From an uncultured bacterium (GTDB lineage Bacteria; Caldisericota; Caldisericia; B22-G15): a DNA stretch of 17,211 nt. The position numbers were made by a program, and so were the translations under genes. The DNA lies in NCBI GenBank assembly GCA_965612865.1, contig CBFDTJ010000027.1:1-17211 (forward strand), given 5' to 3'. Position 1 is the first letter of the stretch. Every line of letters starts with the position of its first letter. The notes beneath the pieces are model-generated. The model saw only the letters and a program-made list of their open reading frames with translations, ran no database searches and was not told the origin of the DNA. Shown here in pieces: positions 6,855 through 15,758 of this stretch.

Positions 6855-7610
6855 TTACAGTTGGGGTTTCGGTAGTTCCTCCCCTTTTATATGTACAATA
6901 AATTTTAATGCTTCCTCTACTTTTTTTTCTTCCCCTTCTATGCCAATTACGATAGATCCTTCATCTTCCCAGAGACCTTCCTTTGCAATAAGAATAGATT
7001 CAACATCAAAGAGGATTTTAAATGCATCCATTTCAGTTACAACTTTAATATTAACCAAAGGGAAAAGTCCTGATGGTTTTCCCATGGAATAGTTAAAGGT
7101 ATCTGTCTTTGCAAAGCAGGATGCCTCAATTACACTAGGTATGAGTTTTCCTATGCTTATGGGAGATATCCAAGTTACACCTCTTGATAGCATTATTCCA
7201 ATGTATTTTCCTATAGTCCCCCCCTCTCTATTAGCAACCAGTACTCCAACATTTCCTTCTGGGTCTATGGCATTTCCACCTTTAATAAACACATCCCCTT
7301 TACTCATCTCCCTGGCTACCTCTTCTGGATTTCTCTCTGTGAGCCTCCCATTAATTAAAATAAACGGAGGAAGTCGTTTTTCCCTTGGCAAGACGTTAAG
7401 TATCCCTTCTCCTATAAAGCCTGCAAGATATCTTTCTTTCTCTATCTTCCTGTCAATTAATTCTTCTACCACATAGGCACATGTTGAGCCCCTTGCAATA
7501 TAAACAATTCCTCTGTCTAAAACCCCCATACCCTCTAATAACTTTTTAACACCCCTTGCTATAAGCCTTTTGGACATGGAAGGCCTTAATACAAGTTCTG
7601 CTTTAGCCAT
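6855..7610 (-). CDS. Conserved hypothetical cytoplasmic protein (alpha/beta enzyme-like)
   Basis: 251-aa ORF with Gly-rich motifs IARGSTCAYV and IKGGNAID..G..GVL...GGT.G. Starts 7 nt after the upstream stop codon. Function not assignable. Confidence 0.75.
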   Translation of the reverse strand: MAKAELVLRPSMSKRLIARGVKKLLEGMGVLDRGIVYIARGSTCAYVVEELIDRKIEKERYLAGFIGEGILNVLPREKRLPPFILINGRLTERNPEEVAREMSKGDVFIKGGNAIDPEGNVGVLVANREGGTIGKYIGIMLSRGVTWISPISIGKLIPSVIEASCFAKTDTFNYSMGKPSGLFPLVNIKVVTEMDAFKILFDVESILIAKEGLWEDEGSIVIGIEGEEKKVEEALKFIVHIKGEELPKPQL

Positions 7611-7617
7611 CTTTTAT

Positions 7618-8124
7618 TTATCTTCTCCTTCCTCCCTTTAATTCATTTTGTAATTTTTTAAGTTCCTCCCATTTGCCCGCTGCAGCAAGCTTTGCCTGCT
7701 CCGGCCATGTCGTTGGATCAACAATTCCTCTAATTCCTTTACTTTCCAGAAGTTTCTTTATGTCTTCTGGTTCCTTATCTCCCAGATCTTTAAAAGTCTT
7801 AATTCCATGCTCTTTAAGTATCTGGGATACTTTTGGCCCAATTCCTTCAATGATCTTAAGATCGTCTTCTTTAACCTCCTCTTTCTTTATTACCTCTTTT
7901 GTTCTTTCCTTTAATTCTGTAGGTTCAACCCTTTTCTCTTCTTCGTGGGTTTTTTCTGTCTCAGAAGGTTTAAACATTATCCATATTAGAAAGATTATAA
8001 TGGCAATTATTATGATTAGCCAGATCCACCATAAAATACCCTTTCCACCTTGAGCGTTTGAAAAACCCATAGATAGGAAGCTAAAAATAATTAAACCGGT
8101 AAAGATTTTGAACCTTTCAAGCAT
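7618..8124 (-). CDS. Membrane-anchored helix-hairpin-helix (DUF4332-like) domain protein
   Basis: Signal-like N-terminus, TM helix (ILWWIWLIIIIAIIIFLIWIMF), charged linker, then DDLKIIEGIGPK...GIKTFKDL...TWPEQAKLAAAGKW...LKGGR. Strong SD GGAGGT. Confidence 0.8.
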   Translation of the reverse strand: MLERFKIFTGLIIFSFLSMGFSNAQGGKGILWWIWLIIIIAIIIFLIWIMFKPSETEKTHEEEKRVEPTELKERTKEVIKKEEVKEDDLKIIEGIGPKVSQILKEHGIKTFKDLGDKEPEDIKKLLESKGIRGIVDPTTWPEQAKLAAAGKWEELKKLQNELKGGRRR

Positions 8125-8210
8125 GATACCTCCTCACTTCCTCCTTTTTTATTTTTTTGATAAAAATTTTACTGTTCGGTTCAATTATATTTTAGCAAAA
8201 TTTCTTTTAA

Positions 8211-9071
8211 TTAGAAGTCCATTGTATACCTGGAAAACTTTATAAATTTTATGTTTTTGTTGTGAGAAGAAGCAGGGACCACAATTGTCATTGCGCTACT
8301 TTCTCTATCCAAATTTTTCACTATGCCCAGTGAAATACAAAACCTGTCCCTGTCCAGGAGAGAAATCAGAGTGCCAGGAGGCGGTATTTCATAGTCAAGA
8401 TTAATACCAAGGAGATTTTTCTCTGAAAAGATGACCTTTAAAATTTTTCTCTCTTTAAAGTACTCTTTAAATCTATTCTCTCTGTATTTAATCCTTTCTT
8501 CCCTGTTTCTTTGAGACACATATGGTGAAGGTCTAAGTCTTATTATCTCCTTCTCACTGTATAGAAATGGTTTTATAAGGTTTTCTCTTTCTTCCTTTTC
8601 TTCAAACAGGATAATAAAATCAGGATTAATTATCTCAATTTTTGCTTCCTTTAGAATTTCTGCGACAGGCCCATCCACGAGTCCTGTAGTATCAACAAGA
8701 AGATAGTCTATTCTGTATTTTTCAGATTCTTTCGTAAGCTTTTCTACTCCAATAAGCATCTGTAGAAGATGTCCCTTTGGTGAGACAGAACCGACAAAGT
8801 AGAGTTTTTCAGGCTTTATTTCACCAAGAGATTTCACCTCTTTATTTGCTAAACCAAATCCTACAGTGGTGGGAGGACCTATACTTGATTGTCCAATGTC
8901 AAAATCCAATATCCCAACTTTTTTCCCTCTCTTTAAAAGAAAATTTAGAATAAACAATAAAAAAGATGTTTTTCCAGAATCAGATGCTCCAATTACAAGG
9001 AGTTTCTTCCCCTTTCTTTCAAAAAGTTCACCTATTTCTACCCATTCCTCAGAAGGCTTTATCTCCACCAT
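8211..9071 (-). CDS. Clp1/Grc3/Nol9-family polynucleotide 5'-hydroxyl kinase
   Basis: Walker A GASDSGKT, family motif DFDIGQSSIGPP, YFVGSVSP, DTTG and an Arg-rich lid (RNREERIKYRE). Confidence 0.85.
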   Translation of the reverse strand: MVEIKPSEEWVEIGELFERKGKKLLVIGASDSGKTSFLLFILNFLLKRGKKVGILDFDIGQSSIGPPTTVGFGLANKEVKSLGEIKPEKLYFVGSVSPKGHLLQMLIGVEKLTKESEKYRIDYLLVDTTGLVDGPVAEILKEAKIEIINPDFIILFEEKEERENLIKPFLYSEKEIIRLRPSPYVSQRNREERIKYRENRFKEYFKERKILKVIFSEKNLLGINLDYEIPPPGTLISLLDRDRFCISLGIVKNLDRESSAMTIVVPASSHNKNIKFIKFSRYTMDF

Positions 9072-9561
9072 TGTTTTTCCCTAAAATATACCAATGTGAT
9101 ACCGTGGTTCCACTCTCTACAATTTTTATTCCTCTTCTGATTAATTCCCCTTCTATCTCCTCAAGGGAAAAGTAATTTTCCCTCACCCCTGTATCATAAC
9201 CCTTCTTCCAGTCCACCAATATCAAAAATCCCTTTCTCTTTAAAACCTTTTTGATTTTGTCTAAAAACAGTTTATGGTTATTTAAATGATGAAGACTGTT
9301 TATGCTGTATATTATGTCAAATTTTTCTTTAATTTTATCTATATTTTCGCCGGAAAGCTCTATGCATTTTATATTTTTTCCAACCCTGTGATAAAAACAA
9401 AATGGATCAATACCCACACCCTCTATTTTGAATTCCTCCTCAAGGAATTTTAATACATCCCCATCACCACATCCTACATCAAGAACAGTGTATCCAGGTT
9501 TTATAACTTTCTCTATTAAATTAAACAGGTCTTTGTACCCCTCTATTTCATCAAAAAACAT
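9049..9561 (-). CDS. Class I SAM-dependent methyltransferase
   Basis: Motif I VLDVGCGDG, GID, FDIIYSINSLHH and LKRKGFLILVDW. Confidence 0.88.
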   Translation of the reverse strand: MFFDEIEGYKDLFNLIEKVIKPGYTVLDVGCGDGDVLKFLEEEFKIEGVGIDPFCFYHRVGKNIKCIELSGENIDKIKEKFDIIYSINSLHHLNNHKLFLDKIKKVLKRKGFLILVDWKKGYDTGVRENYFSLEEIEGELIRRGIKIVESGTTVSHWYILGKNNGGDKAF

Positions 9562-9564
9562 ATT

Positions 9565-10254
9565 TTAATAGCTTTCTCCCGGTTTTAAAACTATACATCT
9601 TGATTTTGTCTCTTCTTCTACTCTTCTTTTGAATTCCTCTGGATCCTTCTTTATAACAGGAAAGGCACTATAGTGCATAGGTATCACAACTTCAGGTTTG
9701 AGCAAGTTTACTGCATATACTGCATCATCTATATCCATTGTATAGTTTCCTCCAATGGGAAGGAGTGCCACAGTTATTTTGTTTCTTTCTCCTATGAGTT
9801 CCATATCCATAAATAGACTCGTATCTCCAGCATGATATATGGTTCTGTCCTTAAGCTTTATTACGTATCCACACGGATTCCCTGTATAGATTATTTCGCC
9901 CTCCTTAATTACCGCTGAGCCGTGATGTGCAATGGTCATTGTAAGTTTTCCGAATGGAAAGGTAAAGGTTCCACCAATATGCATTGTATGAACATTCCTT
10001 ACTCCCTGCATTCCTATATATGTTCCAAGTTCGTAAGGTGCAATTACTAAAGCACCACTTCTTTTTGCAATTTCTACTGTATCCCCGAGATGATCTCCAT
10101 GACCGTGGGTAACAAGTATGAATTTTGGATTAACCTCATCAGGTTTTACAGGGGAGTCAGGGTTTCCAGACAGGAATGGATCAATCAGTATATCTCCAGC
10201 TTCACTTTTAATTAAAACTGCCGCATGCCCAAGATATGTAATTATACTCCTCAT
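9565..10254 (-). CDS. Metallo-beta-lactamase-fold metal-dependent hydrolase (UPF0173-like)
   Basis: YLGHA, LIDPF, THGHGDH, AHHGS, YHAGDT, LPIGGNYTM and IPMHY motifs. SD GGAGGT upstream. Confidence 0.9.
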   Translation of the reverse strand: MRSIITYLGHAAVLIKSEAGDILIDPFLSGNPDSPVKPDEVNPKFILVTHGHGDHLGDTVEIAKRSGALVIAPYELGTYIGMQGVRNVHTMHIGGTFTFPFGKLTMTIAHHGSAVIKEGEIIYTGNPCGYVIKLKDRTIYHAGDTSLFMDMELIGERNKITVALLPIGGNYTMDIDDAVYAVNLLKPEVVIPMHYSAFPVIKKDPEEFKRRVEEETKSRCIVLKPGESY

Positions 10255-10308
10255 CCTATCACCTCCAGATTAATTATACAATTTAATTTTAAAAAAGGCG
10301 TTTGTATC

Positions 10309-10337
10309 TTCACAAATCTCCCTTTTCTTGATAAAAT
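10309..10337 (+). promoter_or_regulatory. Putative sigma70 promoter of the CoA-disulfide reductase operon
   Basis: TTCACA (10309-10314), 17-nt spacer, TAAAAT (10332-10337) with an extended -10 TG. Confidence 0.55.
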
Positions 10338-10376
10338 CTTAACAGTCTAATCAAAAACTAAAAGGAGGAAGAATTG

Positions 10377-12032
10377 ATGAGAGTTGTAATTGTAGGAGGA
10401 GTTGCTGGTGGAGCAGCTACAGCCACAAGATTGAGAAGACTTAATGAAGAGTGTGAGATAGTGATGTATGAGAGAGGAGAGTATATTTCCTTTGCAAACT
10501 GTGGACTTCCCTACTATATAGGGGGTGTTATTAAGGATAGGGAGGGGATAATCGTAGTCACAGAAAAGGAGATGAGAAAAAAATATAACATTGATGTAAA
10601 GACAAAGCACGAGGTAGTTTCCATAGATAGAGAAAACAAAAGAGTAAAAGTTAAGAACCTCAATACAGGAGAAGAATTTGAGGATTCATATGATTTTCTC
10701 GTTCTTTCTCCAGGGGCAAATCCAGCAAAACCCCCCATACCTGGAATTGATAGTGATAAGATATTTACACTGAGAACAATTCCTGATGCAGACAGAATTA
10801 TTGCTGAAATAGAAAAGGGAAGCAAAGAGGTGGTTGTTGTTGGTGGTGGTTTTATTGGTATTGAGGTGGCTGAGAATCTTAAATTGAGGGGGCTCAATGT
10901 TCATGTGGTGGAAATGTTACCTCAAGTTTTGTCATTTCTTGACAGAGAAATGGCAGAATTTGTGCATGAAGAACTTATATCTAATGGAATTAACCTCCAT
11001 CTTGGTTCTGCTGTTAAGGAGTTTAGGGATAAAGGAGATAGGATAGATGTAATCCTTGAAAATGGAAAAACTGTTTCTGGAGATTTTGTTGTTTTTGCCA
11101 TAGGGGTTAAGCCAGAGGTAAATCTTGCAAGGGATGCTGGTCTTTCCATAGGTAAGTTTGGTGGAATAGAAGTTAATGAGAGAATGCAGACATCTGATCC
11201 AGACATATATGCTGTGGGTGATGCAGTTGAGATACCCCACTGTGTAGTGGATATGAATGTAAGAATTGCTCTTGCTGGACCTGCTACAAAGGAAGCTCGT
11301 ATTGCTGCAGATAATATATGTGGTATTAATTCTAAATATGATTGTGCCATGGGAACATGTGTTGTTAAAGTGTTTGAGATCTCTGCTGGCTCCTGTGGTT
11401 TAAACTCACACCTCCTTAAGAAATCTGGAATCAAGTATGACTCTTTGTATGTATGGGGATTTGGACATGCATCATACTACCCCGATGCTAAACCCCTCTA
11501 TATAAAAGTCCTTTACTCACCAGAGGATAAAAGAATTCTTGGTGCACAGGTTGTTGGATATGAAGGTGTTGATAAGAGAGTTGATGTACTTGCCACTGCT
11601 ATGAAGTTTGGAGCAAATTTGGTTGATGTGAAGGATTTGAATCTTTCTTATGCACCACCGTTTGGGTCAAGTAAAGATCTTGTGAATTATGTTGGCTTTG
11701 TTGCAGAAAATATCTTCAGAGGACTATCTCCCTCAATATCTCCTTATGAGGTAGATGACTACATTAAGAAAGGTGCTATCCCTCTCGATGTAAGAAATAG
11801 AGAGGAACTTGCCACTGGAAAAATCGAAGGTTCCATCAATATTCCTCTTCCTGAGCTGAGAGAAAGGCTGAATGAACTTGATAAAAATAAGACATATTTA
11901 ACATACTGCAAAGCAGGACTTAGAGGATATATAGCTCAGAGAATTCTTATAGGAAATGGATTTAAGGCACTTAACATTAGGGGAGGGTATGACCTTTACA
12001 GGAGTTTTAATAGAGATAGATTTGGAGTATAA
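10377..12032 (+). CDS. CoA-disulfide reductase / persulfide reductase-family flavoprotein with C-terminal rhodanese domain
   Basis: GGVAGG FAD motif, SFANCGLPY redox Cys, GGGFIGIE NAD(H) motif, IYAVGD, YAPPF and rhodanese LDVR...YCKAGLRG. ATG 10377 is preferred over TTG 10374 because of the AGGAGG (10363-10368) spacing. Confidence 0.9.
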   Translation: MRVVIVGGVAGGAATATRLRRLNEECEIVMYERGEYISFANCGLPYYIGGVIKDREGIIVVTEKEMRKKYNIDVKTKHEVVSIDRENKRVKVKNLNTGEEFEDSYDFLVLSPGANPAKPPIPGIDSDKIFTLRTIPDADRIIAEIEKGSKEVVVVGGGFIGIEVAENLKLRGLNVHVVEMLPQVLSFLDREMAEFVHEELISNGINLHLGSAVKEFRDKGDRIDVILENGKTVSGDFVVFAIGVKPEVNLARDAGLSIGKFGGIEVNERMQTSDPDIYAVGDAVEIPHCVVDMNVRIALAGPATKEARIAADNICGINSKYDCAMGTCVVKVFEISAGSCGLNSHLLKKSGIKYDSLYVWGFGHASYYPDAKPLYIKVLYSPEDKRILGAQVVGYEGVDKRVDVLATAMKFGANLVDVKDLNLSYAPPFGSSKDLVNYVGFVAENIFRGLSPSISPYEVDDYIKKGAIPLDVRNREELATGKIEGSINIPLPELRERLNELDKNKTYLTYCKAGLRGYIAQRILIGNGFKALNIRGGYDLYRSFNRDRFGV

Positions 12033-12065
12033 TCAAGAAAAGAGGTCTCTTTATAAAGAGGTGAG

Positions 12066-12575
12066 ATGTTGATTAGAAGGTATCTTGATAAAGAACCAAA
12101 GATAGACAAAAATGCATGGATTGCTGAAAGTGCAGATGTTATAGGAGATGTGGTTGTTGAGAGGGGGGTGAGTGTGTGGTATGGTGTGGTGATAAGAGCA
12201 GATCTTTCAAAGGTTGTAATTAAAGAGAATTCCAATGTTCAGGATAACTGTGTTATTCATGTTGATCACGATAAACCCACCATAATCGGGAAAGGTGTTA
12301 CTGTTGGGCATGGCGCGATTCTCCATGCCTGTGAAATTGGGGACAACTCCCTTATAGGAATGGGCGCCATAGTGCTCTCCGGTGCAAAGATAGGAAAAAA
12401 TTGTATTATAGGTGCTGGTGCATTAATTCCAGAGGGTAAGGAGATTGTTGATAACTCCCTTGTTCTTGGGATTCCGGGAAAGGTGATAAGAAAAGTTACT
12501 GATGAAGAAGTGGAGAAGTTAAAGGAGTCAAGTAAAGAATACCTGAAATTAAAAAAAAGCCATGAAGCCATATAA
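12066..12575 (+). CDS. Gamma-carbonic anhydrase family (hexapeptide-repeat) protein
   Basis: VIGDV, SVWYGVVIRAD, NVQDNCVIH and TVGHGAILHAC (three His ligands), plus hexapeptide repeats. The start could be TTG at 12069. Confidence 0.9.
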   Translation: MLIRRYLDKEPKIDKNAWIAESADVIGDVVVERGVSVWYGVVIRADLSKVVIKENSNVQDNCVIHVDHDKPTIIGKGVTVGHGAILHACEIGDNSLIGMGAIVLSGAKIGKNCIIGAGALIPEGKEIVDNSLVLGIPGKVIRKVTDEEVEKLKESSKEYLKLKKSHEAI

Positions 12576-12579
12576 ATTA

Positions 12580-12607
12580 AGGCTCCCGAATCGGGAGCCT
12601 ATTTTTT
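12580..12607 (+). terminator. Intrinsic terminator-like hairpin
   Basis: AGGCTCCC-GAATC-GGGAGCCT stem-loop followed by ATTTTTT, starting 5 nt after the gamma-CA stop codon. Confidence 0.8.
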
Positions 12608-12618
12608 ATGAGGTGAAG

Positions 12619-14340
12619 ATGGGTCTTAAAGAGAGAATTGAAGTTGCGAGGGGTGAGAGAGAGGGAGATGTTTTACTTAAAAATGCAAAAATCGTAAATG
12701 TTTTTGATTTATCCATTGAAGAGGGGGACATCATAATTTATGAAGGCGAAATTGTAGGCATTGGTGATTATAAACTGGCAAAGGAGACATACGATCTTAA
12801 GGGATACTATGTATCACCCGGGCTTTTTGATTCTCACATGCATATTGAAAGCACACTCCTTATTCCTGGTGAGTTTGCAAAGGCAGTTGTTCCACAGGGA
12901 ACCCTCTATGTTATAGCTGATCCTCATGAAATTGCCAACGTTTCAGGTGTTAGAGGAATAAAGTTTATGCTTAACGCTACAGAGAGTCTTCCAATGGATA
13001 TATTCTTTATGCTTCCCTCATGTGTTCCGGCCTCCCCCTTTGAAACATCCGGGGCAAGACTTTTAGCAGAGCATCTGTATCCATTTATGTCTCATCCAAG
13101 AGTCCTTGGTCTTGGAGAGGTTATGAATTTTCCCGGTGTGGTGAATGGAGACGAAGGAGTTTTAAAGAAACTTGAACTTTTTAAGGAAAAGATTATTGAT
13201 GGACACTCCCCATTTCTTATGGGTAAAAATTTAAATGCTTATCTTACAGGAGGAATTGGCTCTGATCACGAATGCACAAATCTTCATGAGGCAAAGGAAA
13301 AACTTAAAAGGGGAATGTGGATAATGATAAGGGAGGGGAGTGTTGCAAAGGATTTAAGTGCACTATACCACCTTATAGATGAAAAAACATATCCAAGAAT
13401 TCTCCTATGTACCGACGACAGGCATCCAGGAGATTTAATTACAGAAGGACACATAAATTCCATAGTGAGAGAGCTAGTTAAAAGGGGTGTTGATCCAATA
13501 CTCTCTATAAGACTTGCAACATTAAATCCTGCAACATACTTTAAGCTTAAGAAAAGAGGGGGAGTGGCTCCAGGGTACTTCGCCGATGTCGTGGTGTTCT
13601 CAGATCTAATTAATTTTGAGCCAGTTCTGGTGTTCCATAGAGGAAAGCTTGTTGCAAAAGACAGGAAACCTCTGTTTGATTATGAGAGAACAAAATCTGA
13701 GGGAGGGGTTAAAAACACAGTTAATGTAAAAACCATGACCTATGAAAAACTCATGGTTAAGAGAAATGGAGAAAAGATGAATGTTATAGGAGCCATAGAA
13801 AATTCTCTTATCACAGAGAGATACGAACTTGAGCCAAGAGTTGATGGGGATAATGTAATAGCAGACACAAGTAGGGATATACTAAAAATTGCCGTTGTTG
13901 AAAGGCATAAAGCAACTGGAAATGTTGGTGTCGGCTTTATAAAAGGTTTTAAGTTAAAAAGGGGTGCTATTGCATCAACTATTGCTCATGACAACCACAA
14001 CATAATAGTTGTTGGAACGAACGACAAGGATATGCTTCTATCCATATTTGCCCTTGAGTCTCACGGTGGAGGCATCTGTGTTGCAGCAGATGGAAAAATT
14101 CTTGATTTGCTTCCACTCCCCTTTGGAGGTCTTATGACAGACATGCCAGCCCATGAGGTGGATTCAGAGTTTAAAAGACTTGTAAAGATTACAAAGGATC
14201 TTGGTTGCCCGATGGATGATCCATTTATGACCCTTTCCTTTATGGCACTTCCCGTTATACCGCACCTTAAGATAACGGACCTTGGGCTTGTGGATTCAGA
14301 CAAGTTCAAAATTATATCCCTATGGGATATAGGAGGATAA
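12619..14340 (+). CDS. ade: Adenine deaminase
   Basis: PGLFDSHMHIES, DPHEIANV, GLGEVMN, IDGH, DHEC, IREGS, LCTDD, VVERH, AHDNHN and LSFMALPVIP motifs. Start moved to ATG 12619 (SD GAGGTG at 12610-12615). Confidence 0.93.
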   Translation: MGLKERIEVARGEREGDVLLKNAKIVNVFDLSIEEGDIIIYEGEIVGIGDYKLAKETYDLKGYYVSPGLFDSHMHIESTLLIPGEFAKAVVPQGTLYVIADPHEIANVSGVRGIKFMLNATESLPMDIFFMLPSCVPASPFETSGARLLAEHLYPFMSHPRVLGLGEVMNFPGVVNGDEGVLKKLELFKEKIIDGHSPFLMGKNLNAYLTGGIGSDHECTNLHEAKEKLKRGMWIMIREGSVAKDLSALYHLIDEKTYPRILLCTDDRHPGDLITEGHINSIVRELVKRGVDPILSIRLATLNPATYFKLKKRGGVAPGYFADVVVFSDLINFEPVLVFHRGKLVAKDRKPLFDYERTKSEGGVKNTVNVKTMTYEKLMVKRNGEKMNVIGAIENSLITERYELEPRVDGDNVIADTSRDILKIAVVERHKATGNVGVGFIKGFKLKRGAIASTIAHDNHNIIVVGTNDKDMLLSIFALESHGGGICVAADGKILDLLPLPFGGLMTDMPAHEVDSEFKRLVKITKDLGCPMDDPFMTLSFMALPVIPHLKITDLGLVDSDKFKIISLWDIGG

Positions 14341-14342
14341 AA

Positions 14343-15704
14343 ATGAAGCTTATTAAGAACGGGATGGTTTTCTTTGAGGGGAGGCTAAATAACCAGGATA
14401 TTTTAATTGACGGGGAAAAGATTGTTGGTATAGGTAAATTTAGTTCAGATGGTAAGGAGATAATAGATGCTACTGGTTTAATGATTCTTCCAGGTGGAGT
14501 TGACATGCATGTCCACTTTAATGATCCTGGATACACCCACAGGGAAACATTCAAAACGGGAAGCATGGGGGCAGTATCAAGTGGTATAACAACAGTTGTT
14601 GACATGCCATGCACTTCAATTCCTCAGGTGAGAGATGTAAAGTCTCTTCATGAAAAACTAAATGTGATAAGCAAAGAATCTTTTGTTGATTTCTGTCTCT
14701 ATGGCGGAGTGACAGGAGAGGAGATAAGGAAAGGGGAGCTACCGAAATTAAAAGAGCAGTGGGAAGAGGGAGTTATAGGATTCAAAATATACGGATACTC
14801 CTCTGCCCAAACCTATGAAAGAGTCTCCTACGGAGAGATGAAGGAGCTCTTCTCCTTTGCCAGTGATTTTGATGCTCTATTTACTATACATGCTGAGGAT
14901 TTTTCCCTTGTTGATCACTTTACAAAACTTATGTTAAAAGAGGGGAGGAAGGATGCTCTCGCCTGGATTCAGGCAAGGGTTTACGAGGCAGAACCCCTGT
15001 GTATCTGGGCTTCATCAAGAATCTCCATGGAGGAAGGTGTTAGACTCCACATAGCACATCTATCCACAGGAGAGGGAGGAGTAATTATTAAGGAGAGAAA
15101 AGAGGAAGGAGCAAAGATAACAGTTGAGACAACTCCTCACTATTTACTTCTTTCTGAGGAAGACCTTTTAAGGGATCCCATTAAAGTTAAAACCTCTCCC
15201 CCTGTAAGAGGAGAATGGGATAAAGAGACTCTGTGGGAGTTTGTAAGGGATGGAACCATTGACGCCATTGCCTCTGATCACTTCTCTGCCAACTGGGAAA
15301 AGGAGAAAAATAAGGAAAACATTTTTGAAGTTGGAGCAGGAATTCCTGGTATTGATACGATATTTCCCCTCATCTTCTCTGAAGGAGTTATGAAAGGAAA
15401 ATTAACCCTTAAGAGATTTGTTGAAGTTATGAGTGAGAATCCTGCAAAGATAGTTCACATATATCCAAGAAAGGGGGTTATACTTCCCGGTTCAGATGCA
15501 GACCTTGTCTTTATAGATACAAAGAGAAAATGGAAGATAAAGGGAGAGAATTTCTTTAGTAAAGGGAAATATACACCTTTTGAGGGAAGGGAGATTTTTG
15601 GTAAGGTTGTTAAGACAATGATAAGGGGAGAAGTTATCTTTGATTTAGAAAGAGGATTTCTTGTTGAACCCGGCTTTGGAAAATGGATTAAAAGGGAGTA
15701 TTAG
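14343..15704 (+). CDS. Cyclic amidohydrolase of the allantoinase/dihydroorotase/hydantoinase family; allantoinase-like by context
   Basis: PGGVDMHVH, TTVVDMP, GFK (carboxylated Lys), HAED, HIAHLS, ETTPHYL, PPVR, ASDH and GSDADLV motifs. ATG 14343 follows AGGAGG (14331-14336) and is coupled to ade. Confidence 0.85.
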   Translation: MKLIKNGMVFFEGRLNNQDILIDGEKIVGIGKFSSDGKEIIDATGLMILPGGVDMHVHFNDPGYTHRETFKTGSMGAVSSGITTVVDMPCTSIPQVRDVKSLHEKLNVISKESFVDFCLYGGVTGEEIRKGELPKLKEQWEEGVIGFKIYGYSSAQTYERVSYGEMKELFSFASDFDALFTIHAEDFSLVDHFTKLMLKEGRKDALAWIQARVYEAEPLCIWASSRISMEEGVRLHIAHLSTGEGGVIIKERKEEGAKITVETTPHYLLLSEEDLLRDPIKVKTSPPVRGEWDKETLWEFVRDGTIDAIASDHFSANWEKEKNKENIFEVGAGIPGIDTIFPLIFSEGVMKGKLTLKRFVEVMSENPAKIVHIYPRKGVILPGSDADLVFIDTKRKWKIKGENFFSKGKYTPFEGREIFGKVVKTMIRGEVIFDLERGFLVEPGFGKWIKREY

Positions 15705-15758
15705 GTTAAGAAAGAAGAGTTAAGTAATTATTAAATCAAAGATTAAAAGAGACGATAG

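Noticed and set aside
8125..8146. Tandem SD-like motifs with a 6-codon GTG mini-ORF upstream of the HhH gene
   Set aside because: Too short, and plausibly chance in purine-rich leaders. No supporting structure.
12562..12618. N-terminal extension of adenine deaminase in the ORF track (MKPYKLRL...)
   Set aside because: It overlaps the upstream gene and spans the terminator hairpin. The SD supports ATG 12619.
14322..14342. Longer start for the amidohydrolase
   Set aside because: It overlaps ade. AGGAGG at 14331-14336 supports ATG 14343.
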